This document shows, in pieces, positions 16,132 to 27,138 of a stretch of DNA of 64,000 bases. The notes beneath the pieces were generated by a model, which made no database searches, was not told where the DNA came from, and worked only from the letters and a program-made list of their open reading frames with translations. The position numbers were made by a program, and so were the translations under genes. Source of the DNA: Eledone cirrhosa (Eukaryota); assembly GCA_964016885.1 (NCBI GenBank), contig OZ024742.1, forward strand, positions 13,268,001 through 13,332,000, read 5' to 3'. Position 1 is the stretch's first letter. The number at the start of each line of letters is the position of its first letter.

Positions 16132-16468
16132 TATGTATACGTACATACATATATGTATACAGACCTACAGTAGTATGTATATATATACATACATGCACAC
16201 ATATATATATGTACGTATGGATTTACCGAACATTTAATATAATGCTCGGTTTGTTTGTAAACAAACATCCCGAATTAAGCCGTACGGTGTTTAGCAACCA
16301 TCGTTGCGCTTTTGTTCAACACTGACAAAGGAACGATGTACTAGTTTCAAGCTTATTAGCTATCGTCAGCACCGTATACCTTCCTGCCAGATGATTGAAC
16401 GTCTGAAAGTATATTTAAGTAAAAGCCGTACTAAGAGTGAGAAATGAAATTTCGTTTCATTTTTTCCG
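16129..16468. mobile_element. Family A element: inverted body (16129-16412) joined to forward 3' end
   Basis: Reverse complement of 19015-19304 followed by forward ATTTAAGT..CCGTACTAAGAGTGAGAAATGAAATTTCGTTTC. Confidence 0.8.
16327..16383 (-). ncRNA. Minimal type-I hammerhead ribozyme motif (family A)
   Basis: Minus strand: GAAGGTATA-CGGTG-CTGACGA-TAGCTAATAAGCTT-GAAA-CTAG-TA-CATCG-TTCCTTT. Confidence 0.7.
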
Positions 16469-17047
16469 TATATATATATATAGTGATATATATATATATA
16501 TATGTCTATATATATATGTAAAAATTATCGAGAATCGGATTTCACCCCATGAAATAACGAGAAAACACTTCCGAATTGTGAGGCAAGCGGTCAATAACTC
16601 AAATGAATTAGAGCTTACAACTTACGTTAAAGGCCAAACACACTGAGACGGTGGTTAAACTAATCATCCACACAGCGAAGATTCGATCTCCTATTTTGGG
16701 TCAAACAGATATACAGATATGAAAATATACATGTTTGATACTCACCCGGACCCCTGGAATGATGGTAAAGTCCAGTGTTGGGGTTTCTGCGGCTCCATAA
16801 GTCATTTACTGTCCACTTACATAAAGGATGTTAAGTTTCTCGTATCCTGACTGAACTAGGAGTACGCGTTGTCAACGGGATTCAGTTCGAAAGTCCTCAG
16901 AGATGTGTCTGTAACTGACCCCACGTGGGGTTCAGCAAGGGAGGCAACACCTATATTAGGCGATTGAATTCATCTGTGTATAATATTGCGAAAATGCAAA
17001 ATATCACAAATCGAATGAAGCTCTCGACAGAGTGGTTAAATAGAAAC

Positions 17048-17102
<55 letters not shown>

Positions 17103-17107
<5 letters not shown>

Positions 17108-17264
17108 GTTTCTACTTTTGGCACAAGGCCAGCTAATACGCAGTGCATTACTGGTACTTTACTTTATCGACCCCGTAAGGATGAAAGCCAAAGTTAACCT
17201 CGGCGGGATTTGAACTCAGTCCGTAAAGGGACGTAACTGTGCTACAAAGCATGGCGTCCGATCC
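17103..17264 (-). mobile_element. tRNA-derived SINE, internally deleted (same family as 28016-28231)
   Basis: Reverse complement of GAGTTCAAATCCCGCCGAGG..TTCATCCTTACGGGGTCGATAAA..GTACCAGT. Confidence 0.8.
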
Positions 17265-17275
17265 TATATATAGTG

Positions 17276-17330
<55 letters not shown>

Positions 17331-17409
17331 TATATATATATATATACACTTTATATAAATATATATATATTTATATATATATATTTATATATATATATTT
17401 ATATATATA

Positions 17410-17480
<71 letters not shown>

Positions 17481-17534
17481 TTTATATAAATATATATATA
17501 TTTATATATATATATTTATATATATATATTTATA

Positions 17535-17599
<65 letters not shown>

Positions 17600-17905
17600 T
17601 TTATATAAATATATATATATGTGTGTGTATATATATATATGTATATACATTTATATAAAGTCTATATATATATGTATGTATATATATTTATATAAGGTGT
17701 ATATATATATATATTTCCATGACAATAGCATTGCTGCGAGGAAACTAGTATGTCTTACAATTAACCTTTCAGTACTATTAGTCGCTCAGGTAATTATTAT
17801 TCTATTTGTTTATTTCAACGTGTAAATATAGATAACATTATCATTAGCTAATTATCTACTTCACTTTTTGAAAACAATCAATGTATACACGTGTATATAT
17901 GTATG

Positions 17906-17985
<80 letters not shown>

Positions 17986-17998
17986 ACATATATATGTG

Positions 17999-18078
<80 letters not shown>

Positions 18079-18224
18079 TTTTATATATACCATATATATA
18101 TATATATACTATTATATATACCATATATATACTATTAGATATACTATTATATATACCATTATATATACATATATATATATAATAGTATATATATATAATA
18201 TATACATATATGCAATAGTATATG

Positions 18225-18264
<40 letters not shown>

Positions 18265-18443
18265 TATTATATATTATATATTATATATTATATATTATAC
18301 ATATAATAGTATATATATAATATATATATATATAATAGTATATATATATATATACTATTATATATATAATAGTATATATAATAGTATATATATATATATG
18401 TATACTATCATATATACCATTATATAGACTATTATATATACTA

Positions 18444-18513
18444 TCCCGCCGAGTTCAAATCCCGCCGAGGTTGACTTTGCCTTTCATCCTTACGGGGTCG
18501 ATAAAATAAAGTA
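18444..18513 (+). mobile_element. Fragment of the same tRNA-SINE family
   Basis: GAGTTCAAATCCCGCCGAGGTTGACTTTGCCTTTCATCCTTACGGGGTCGATAAAATAAAGTAC. Confidence 0.75.
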
Positions 18514-18591
18514 CATGCACACATATATATATGTACGTATGGATTCACCGAACATTTATTATAATGCTCGGTGTGTTCAACCATCTGGCAG

Positions 18592-18648
18592 GAAGGTATA
18601 CGTTGCTGACGATAACTAATAAGCTTGAAACTAGTACAGCGTTCCTTT
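18592..18648 (+). ncRNA. Minimal type-I hammerhead ribozyme motif (family A)
   Basis: CGTTG-CTGACGA(18606-18612)-TAACTAATAAGCTT-GAAA(18627-18630)-CTAG-TA-CAGCG; stem I extended by AAGG/CCTT. Confidence 0.65.
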
Positions 18649-18787
18649 GTCAGTGTTGAACAAATGAGCAACGGTGGTTGCTAGACACTGTTCGGCTTAA
18701 TTCGGGATGTTTGTTTACAAACACACCAAGCATTATAATAAATGTTCGGTGAATCCATATGTACATATATATATGTGTGCATGTATG

Positions 18788-18825
<38 letters not shown>

Positions 18826-19043
18826 CTACTGTACGTCTGTATACATAAATGTATGTACGTATACATACTTATATTTAAGTAACAGCCGTACTAAGAGTGA
18901 GAAATGAAATTTTGTTTCATTTTTTCCGTTTATCGTTTTTGGTGCGCCCGGCCGCTTAACTCACTCGATATGCAAATTAAGCTGCTCAGCCGTTAATATG
19001 CATAAGGAAAGTAAATACTTTCAGACGTTCAACCATCTGGCAG

Positions 19044-19100
19044 GAAGGTATACGTTGCTGACGATAGCTAATAAGCTTGAAACTAGTACATCGTCCCTTT
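19044..19100 (+). ncRNA. Minimal type-I hammerhead ribozyme motif (family A)
   Basis: CGTTG-CTGACGA(19058-19064)-T-AGCT-AATA-AGCT-T-GAAA-CTAG-TA-CATCG; palindromic ACTAGT stem III. Confidence 0.7.
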
Positions 19101-19622
19101 GTCAGTGTTGAACAAATGAGCAACGATGGTTGCTAGACACTGTACGGCTTAATTCGGGATGTTTGTTTACAAACACACCGAGCATTATAATAAATGTTCG
19201 GTGAATCCATACGTACATATATATATGTGTGCATGTATGTATATATATATATATACATACTACTGTACGTCTGTATACATATATGTATGTACGTATACAT
19301 ACTTATATTTAAGTAACAGCCGTACTAAGAGTGAGAAATGAAATTTCGTTTCATTTTTTCCGTTTATATATATACTATTATATATATATATTATATATAT
19401 ATATATATACTATTATATATATTATATATATATATATACTATCATATATACTATTATATATGTACCATTATATATGTATATATACTATTATATATTATAT
19501 ATGTATACATACTATTATATATTATTTTATGTATATATACTATTATATATTATTTGTCTGTAAATGTACTATTATATATTATATATTATATATATACTAT
19601 TATATATATACTATTATATATA

Positions 19623-19673
<51 letters not shown>

Positions 19674-19683
19674 ATATATACTA

Positions 19684-20461
19684 CTAGCAGTGGTACCCGG
19701 CGTTGCACGGGATAAGGTATTTTGGAACGCGGGCCGCCAACAGACCAAATCGTGGAAAAACTGCGTGCCTGGACAATATGTAAAGAAAATAAACCGAATA
19801 CTCTGATGGCTGGATAATCTTTAAGATTTTACTCGATGAAGTAGGAAAGATGCAGGTTTTCACCTAATCCTAGGGGATCAAGAAAATGAATTTTTTTTAT
19901 GTGCATAATATGCCTTGAAATTTCGGGAAAATCGGCTAGACATAACGCCTCCAAAAAGCCCTAAGAAGCTGAAAAAATGAAGTTTTTCACCTAATGCGGG
20001 CCCTAGGGGGATCAACAAGTTGAATTTTTTTATGTGCATAACATTCCCTGAAACATAAGTAATACACACGTAAAGTTTTAAAAAGTCGGTTCGGTACTTC
20101 TCGAGTTTTAGGTATTCAAACTCACAGACACACAGACACACACACACACAGACAGACATCCTCAGGGAAGTGACGTAATGCAGACAGTCAGACATACAGA
20201 CAGATATTATAAGGGCACGACGTTATATGTATGGATGTATCTAAAAGGAGAAAGACTAAGAATTATAGAGAGAGATCGCTAAATCGGCTAATGCGGTCCC
20301 TAGGGCATTGATAATTTGAAATTCTTTTTGCTCAGAACACTCCCTGAAACATAAGTATTACATGTATAAAGTTTGAAAACAGTCGGTTAGGTGTTTCTCG
20401 GGTTTTAGGGATTCAAACTCACACACACACAGACAGATATCCTCAGTTTTATATATATAGA
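19684..20461 (-). mobile_element. Non-autonomous Helitron
   Basis: Minus strand begins TC and ends CTAG, with hairpin CCCG-TGCAACGC-CGGG just upstream; inserted between A and T; internal duplications and CA/CAGA microsatellite. Confidence 0.8.
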
Positions 20462-20486
20462 TTATATATATTCATATATATATACA

Positions 20487-20550
<64 letters not shown>

Positions 20551-20617
20551 TATATACTTTCACAAACACCCACTAACATATATGTCTATATAGTGCTACA
20601 TACCCTATCAGGTTATA

Positions 20618-20818
20618 TGTGCGTTTGTGTGAGTGTATGTGTCAACGTCAATGTGTGTTTGTGTGCGTGTATGTGTCAACGTGTGTGTGTTCGTGTGAGT
20701 GTATGTATCAACGTGTGTGTGTTTGTGTGAGTGTATGTGTCAATGTCAATGTGTGTTTGTGTGAGTGTAAGTGTCAACATGTGCGTGTTTGTGTCAACAT
20801 GTTTGTCTTTGTGTCAAG
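20618..20818. repeat. GT-rich minisatellite with GTGTCAA motif
   Basis: Direct reading. Confidence 0.75.
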
Positions 20819-21015
20819 TCTCTATATATATGTGTGTGTTTACTTTTACCATTAGTTAATTACTACAAGTAGACAATGTTTCGGCTTTTAATTACGGTTT
20901 AATTGTAATTGACATTCTTCTTAATGGGCTGTTATTGTTTGTTTGACTTGATGCCTGCCAGAAATGTACTCACAAATAGAAACACACCCAGCCACACGTT
21001 TATTTACAGCAGGTT

Positions 21016-21061
<46 letters not shown>

Positions 21062-21272
21062 CGTTTCTGAATTTGTTTAGCAAGATTCTTTATCTGAAAT
21101 CGTGTGTTGAAACCGATATTGTTATACTTTGGGAGGGTCATGTTGCCAATAAGAAACACATGCACCAGTTGCTTTCACTTCAATTTATTATAATAAATTT
21201 ATAATAAATTTATAAATTTATAAATTTCTGGTTGGTTGGTTGGTTCCACAACCAGATAGTTGTTTATATATT

Positions 21273-21315
21273 GTCATAGTTCTTTCGTCACACACTCTGT
21301 GACCTCTTCAGTGAC
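21273..21315 (-). ncRNA. Minimal hammerhead ribozyme motif in the PLE pLTR (family C)
   Basis: Minus strand: GTCA-CTGAAGA-G-GTCACA-GAGTG-TGTGAC-GAAA-GAAC-TA-TGAC; stems I and II perfect. Confidence 0.75.
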
Positions 21316-21516
21316 TGGGGATTCCTTTCTTTGTTTCTGTGCCTCTCCTTTATTCTGTCCTACGCCATTTTGTTTCTGTGTGTGTGTTGTGTGCTCAGTC
21401 TGCGCATGCGCCACATCCGGGTGTCTGTGTGTGTTTATGTTCATTTATTTATTTGTTTATTTACATGTTACTGGTTGGTTGTTTGTTCTATGTGTGTGTG
21501 TGTTTTCATTTTGTCC

Positions 21517-22810
21517 TTAATTGTAAGTTGTGATGTTGCTGTTCCACTCATATTTTCTATTTAATTTTGGTTGTAATTCTTTTATGTGTATTGCCTCTGT
21601 AATTTGTCTAAACATTGCGTCTTTTCTGTGTGTAGATTCTATTTTTATTTCTATGTTCTCTAATTTACCCTTGTGTTCTATCTTAGCATGTTGGTAGAGT
21701 ACAGATGATTCTTTACTATCTTGAAGGTCTCGCCAGTGTTCATTTATCCGTTCCCCTACACTACGAGCTGTCTCACCTATGTACACTATATTTTTGTCTC
21801 TACATTGTCCTTCGGTACATCTTATGCTATACACTACATTTCTAGTTTTACAGTTAATATGGGGGCTTATTTTACAGGTTATACATTTCTTATCTATACA
21901 TGAGGGTCTTTGAAAAGGATATGTTTTGCTAATGAGTGTTTTTACGGAGGTACCTGGTCTTTCTACTATCTTAATATTGAGTTTATGTTTATTTAGGGCC
22001 CTTCTAAATTTGTAAGCTAATTCTCCTCTAGGGGTTGTATCGATGAACATTACACTCTGGTATTTATTGCTATCATACCATGAGTTTATTCTATTAGTCT
22101 TGTTCCTAGTTCTTTCTATTCTATTCCAAAATTTGCTCCTATACAAGGGGCAGGTCCCATTTATGTCATTATTTACCATTTTTTCCCATTTGGTTCTGGC
22201 TCCTCTATACACTCTGATTTTATCTCTCTGGTTGTAGCCAGAGAACTGCATACGGTGGATGAAGTGTTGTATGTGTCTCTCTAGTTCTTCGGGGTTGCAC
22301 ATGCGGGACACGTTTCTCATCACCCGTACCAAATCCGCAATCAGTATGTTGATTTTGGTATGGTCCGAAACGGCCGAGTTTCGGTGGATCAGATGTTTGG
22401 AAGTCATGGGTTTGGCATAATGGGAATGGAGGATTTGTTTTTTTGTTATTAATGGTATCTAACCAGAGCTCTGCGTCTAGTACAGGTAATCGATGGTTGG
22501 GGTGTTTACTTGGGTAGTCTATAGTAACTCTAATACTCTGGTGGATGGAGTTAGCTATTTGCTGGATGCTTTCCATTGTGTTTTTCTCTAGTTCCTGACT
22601 GTTCTCTAGTGGGGGTGTCTTAACTACGATGTTTATATCATCAACGTAGCGGGAGTACATTATCAGGTTTAAGGGGTCTTCTAATTGTTCTTTAAGTTTA
22701 AGTTTAAGTCTACTGTCCCACCATACCATGAATAAGTTAGCTATGTCGCCTGCAATGCTAACACCAATGGCTGCTCCTTCCTCTTGGGCATATGTTTTTC
22801 CATTAAATTT
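21517..22810 (-). pseudogene. PLE reverse transcriptase (C-terminal half) + GIY-YIG endonuclease, N-truncated, one frameshift
   Basis: QEEGAAIG, YSRYVDDI and LPVLD RT motifs; CxxxxCxxC linker; VVYSIRC..YIGETAR..ERINEH..EAIHI..LN endonuclease motifs; +1 frameshift in an A7 run (22438-22444) joins the two ORFs (..NNKK/QILHSHYAKPMTSK..). Confidence 0.92.
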
Positions 22811-22954
22811 GAACCAACCAGCCAACCAGAAATTTATAAATTTATAAATTTATTATAAATTTATTATAATAAATTGAAGTGAAAGCAACTGGTGCGTGTG
22901 TTTCTTATTGGCAACATGACCCTCCCAAAGTTTAACAATATATATATATATATA

Positions 22955-23295
22955 AGTAGAAGTGGTATTTAATTTGTTGGAAGTCCGACAAACATAAATG
23001 TTTATAACTGATTTAGAGTACTCAACATTTAACTGGAATAAATATTCAATGATATTAAATAAATGGAAACTATATTTATAAAACCATATTTATTTTATTA
23101 TATATATTTCAAGGGCAACCAAAGTGAATTTCCAAGCGATAAGGTATGATTTTCATGGGTATGTCTCTATTTATAAAACAAACTTTGTATTTTATCTGAT
23201 GAAAGCGTACCAATGTTGTCTTGGTTGCCCTTGAAATATATATAATAAAATAAATATGGTTTTATAAATATAGTTTCCATTTATTTAATATCATT
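22955..23295. mobile_element. Family B element, second copy (75-bp inverted arms 23048-23122 / 23221-23295)
   Basis: Homologous to 15297-15811; arms are exact reverse complements. Confidence 0.8.
23188..23252 (+). ncRNA. Minimal type-I hammerhead ribozyme motif (family B)
   Basis: TATTTTAT-CTGATGA(23196-23202)-AAG..ACCAA/TTGGT..CTT-GAAA-TATATA-TA-ATAAAATA; 8-bp perfect stem I; palindromic stem III. Confidence 0.75.
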
Positions 23296-23298
23296 ATA

Positions 23299-23441
<143 letters not shown>

Positions 23442-23737
23442 ATTATTTATATAAATTCACATATCCAAAATTAAATTAAGGGTGTCATGTCAGAGAGACA
23501 TGCACATAATCACACACATTTCTAGTTGATATATAAATTTATATAAATGTATATAGATATATATGAACATATATATTCATTAAATACATAGATAGATAGA
23601 TACTTGTATATATATATATATATAATACTGTATATATTTTACCTAATGATTCTATGAGCTTACTTTCTTATATATTGCTCTGATTGTTAATTATTTAATT
23701 AATTCGTCATTGAGCCACACCGTGAATGGTTGCCAAA

Positions 23738-23815
<78 letters not shown>

Positions 23816-24736
23816 TCTGTCTAGTTTATATGTATGTAAACTTTTAAATTTTATATACTCCCGTAAGGTTGAGTAAAACTTTAGGCAGTATTCGGCTGCG
23901 CTTTCTAGCAACCAGCCCACTCGCCGACAGGCACCAATCACAAGCTTTCTGACTTGACCACTGACCACGTGACAATTCTTAGCCATTTTGAATTCGTTTC
24001 TGGCGGGGATCATTTAAGAAAAATCTTTGTCCAATTGAGTTTATCTCCTGATGATTTCCAAACTCGTTGATTTATCCAAGATCGGATATATCCAAAAAGA
24101 GAATGAAATCCCCGGGGGTAGAGATAGATTTTGATGATTTTGGCATGTTTATGTATGGTTAGCTTTATGTCTAGTCAATTTCTACAGGCTATCAGAAATA
24201 CTGGGTAAATTTTCTGTGGCTGTGAATCGTGGATAAAAAGCTATCATTTATTTATCTATTATTTCTTCATAAGTATATTTAAACTTATAGCCTCGTTTAA
24301 ATGATTTTTTGTATGGTTGATTAAGCTGATTGGGAGAAGAAATACTGTATATATATTTTATCTAATGATTCTATGGACTTATTTTATATATATATATATA
24401 TATAGATAGATAGATAGATAGATAGATATAGATAGATATAGATATATTCATAAATTTACAAATGTATATATATATATATATACATGTGTGTGTGTCTATG
24501 TGAGTGTGATTATGTGCATGCTTATATTTGTGTTTGTCTCACTGTATTTGACTCTCTGTGTCTGTAGAACGTTTGTCAGAACAATAATATCAACTTAAAT
24601 AAAGAACTCAATGCTTAGTAGGTTCTGAATAGATTATAATGTATATATTACAACTGAAGATGTTCACAGTTACTTCTGTTTTTGTCAGAGTGGATACACG
24701 GCCAAGAATTTGTCAGCGACAGTACATATCTGAGAG

Positions 24737-24967
24737 ATGATCATTAAGATGAAGATCGGTGAAAAAGACCAAGAATTATTTCGCACCAGGACAATTGTTG
24801 CTATGTCGGTGAAGACAGAGTTGACTTCTTCAAACAACTCTCAGACAGTCTCTGCTAAGTACGAAGAAAATGTAACCATATTGGGTCACCTCAACAGCAG
24901 TGAGGGAGGAGAAAGAGAGGCCTCCTGGACACCTCCCCTTGTCCTCTACAGTGACACCAACAGCAGG
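24737..24967 (+). CDS. Candidate first coding exon of an unknown spliced gene
   Basis: Non-repetitive island; acceptor TTCTGTTTTTGTCAG at 24688, ATG at 24737, donor AGG|GTAGGG; 77 codons. Confidence 0.35.
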
Positions 24968-24991
24968 GTAGGGAGAAAGATAAACCCTTCT

Positions 24992-25105
24992 AGAGCGGTG
25001 AATTGGCTGAATCGGTAGAGCACCGGACAAAATGTTGCGTAGTATTTGGTTACGGTTCTTTAAGGTCAAAGTTCATATTAATGGTTTTGTTCCTAAATTA
25101 GAAAC
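24992..25105 (+). mobile_element. Internally deleted tRNA-SINE (28016 family)
   Basis: Head GCGGTGAATTGGCTGAATCGGTAGAGCACCGGAC plus tail CCTAAATTAGAAAC. Confidence 0.6.
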
Positions 25106-25121
25106 CCTGTCAGATCTAAAG

Positions 25122-25371
25122 AAGAAGAGGAGACAGCTCACACCTATGCATGTTTAGCTGGCCTCCTCCAAGGTATATCTCGTTGGAGGTGTCTTGTGTG
25201 ATTTAATTATAGGGACCCCTCATCTCATTTCTACAGCTGAGTAAACTGGAGCAACGTGAAATAAAGTGTCTTGCTCAAGGAAACAACACATCACCCGGTC
25301 CGAGAATTGAACTCATAACCTTTCGATTGCAAGCCCAATGCTCTAACCACTAAGCCATGCGCCTTCACTAA
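25122..25371 (-). mobile_element. CORE-type tRNA SINE with a different 3' tail
   Basis: Head and core match 12592-12737; flanked by direct repeat AGATCTAAAG (25112-25121, 25372-25381). Confidence 0.8.
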
Positions 25372-25421
25372 AGATCTAAAGGCCAATAAAGAAACCATCA
25401 TTATTTCCAAAGACATTTACA

Positions 25422-25540
25422 TTTTGAGTTCAAATCCCGCCGAAATTAATTTTGTCTTTCATCTTTCTGAGGTCGATAAAATAAAATACCAGTGATGTAA
25501 TCGGCTCCCCACCCCTCGAAAAAAATTGGTTTTCTACTTG
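25422..25540 (+). mobile_element. tRNA-SINE 3' portion (28016 family)
   Basis: GAGTTCAAATCCCGCCGA..TCATCTTTCTGAGGTCGATAAAATAAAATACCAGT. Confidence 0.7.
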
Positions 25541-26111
25541 AGGAAAGAGTCGTTATGTAATGTATTTCTATTTCAGATTCGATTGAGTTATGTTCTAGAA
25601 GATTCCTGGAAAATCTTTTAATTATTACCATTATTGGGTCTTCAAAATTTTGCTCATAAAATCTAAGATTTTTTTTTCTTAGAATTGAAATATTTGATTT
25701 AGTTTTTTGGGTTTGTTTTTTCAACTATTTTAATGGAAATCGTCTGGTAGATACCATACGAGTCTCATAAATGCCAATCTTCCAAGCAAAGCTGTTCTTA
25801 TAACATACTTCCTTCGTTGACAGTCTAGTATCTTAAATCTTACTATCTATACCAATGCTGAAATGAATTGTTAGAATATTATGTTCTTATAAGAGGAAAG
25901 CTATGACTACTGTATTTTATTATGTCTGATGTACAAAACTTTGGTCATCTCTATTTATTCACACAACTATTCTATGATTTATTTTCTCCAATACCAATGT
26001 ATTTATAGAATTCATAGCTTGGAACAAGGAACATACAGAAGTCATTGATATGGCTGTTTATGGTTGGTGAAACAATTTTGGGACGTTTTTACCGAGTTTC
26101 TTAGAAAAGAC

Positions 26112-26430
26112 AGTGTGTGTGTATCTGTATGTCTGTTTATCTGTGTCAATGAGCGTGTGTGAGTGTATTTGTGTCTGTGTGTATATGTGTTTATGTCAAT
26201 GAGCATGTGTGTGTGTGTGTCAACGAGCATGTGTGTGCGTGTGTGTCAATGAGCGTGTGTGTGTGTGTGTGCGTGCGTTTATATGCATGCCAATGAGCAT
26301 ATGTGTATGTGTGTGTTTATCTGCGTGTCAATGAGCATGTGTGTGTGTGTGCGTTTATCTGCGTGTCAATGAGGATGTGTATGTGTGTGTGTGTGTGTGT
26401 GTGTCAATGAGCATGTGTGTGTGTGTGTGA
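26112..26430. repeat. (GT)n minisatellite punctuated by GTCAATGAGC
   Basis: Direct reading. Confidence 0.85.
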
Positions 26431-27096
26431 ACGAAAGTACGTGGTTGGCTGTGTGCCTGAAGATATGTATTTATGTGAGAATGTATATGAATATATGTGT
26501 ATATATATATATCATCCTTTTGCTATATATATATATATCCATGTAAACATGTAACATTAACACATCATGTAGCCAAACATTTATTCAAAACCAATTCTTT
26601 CTACAACTATTATTGGTACTTGTCTCCATCTGATGCTTCTTTCTGTTGGAATACATGGTAGAAATGGTAAATATTGAAAGATATATACACCATAAGTTTG
26701 TGTTTAAATAAAATATTATAGTGTGTGAAATAAACTCTAGCTTGTCCTCAATAATCTTCTTATAAAACAAGTATCCATTACTACAACATACATTGCTATG
26801 AAGCTAGAAATATTCTGATCTATTTTGACAAGTTTCCTGTTTTTCATTCTCTCTTTTTTTTGGAGGGGGGGGGTCTTCACTTCAAATTAAATCATTCTGT
26901 GGTAATATTCAATATGTTTTGGCTATATCCATATTTCTAGGATTTTATTTTTTTATTTATTTTCCTATTTTATTTTATTAATTTTTTTTATTTAAGTTTA
27001 TTTCATTTATATATATGTGTCTGTGTGTGTGTATGTATGTATATATATATATATATAATATTTTGGTTGGTTGATCATATTAACTAGTTAATAGTT

Positions 27097-27138
<42 letters not shown>

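Larger units (their letters stand above)
18511..19364 (+). mobile_element. Family A tandem dimer (18575-18932 and 19027-19364) with an inverted 5' cap (18511-18576); retrozyme/pLTR-like
   Basis: Two direct copies at period 452 separated by a unique spacer; each carries a hammerhead motif. Confidence 0.85.
21060..22942 (-). mobile_element. 5'-truncated Penelope-like retroelement (PLE) with inverted pLTR segment
   Basis: RT + GIY-YIG ORF; 22811-22942 is an inverted copy of 21117-21247; hammerhead in the 3' pLTR; flanked by (TA)n. Confidence 0.92.
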
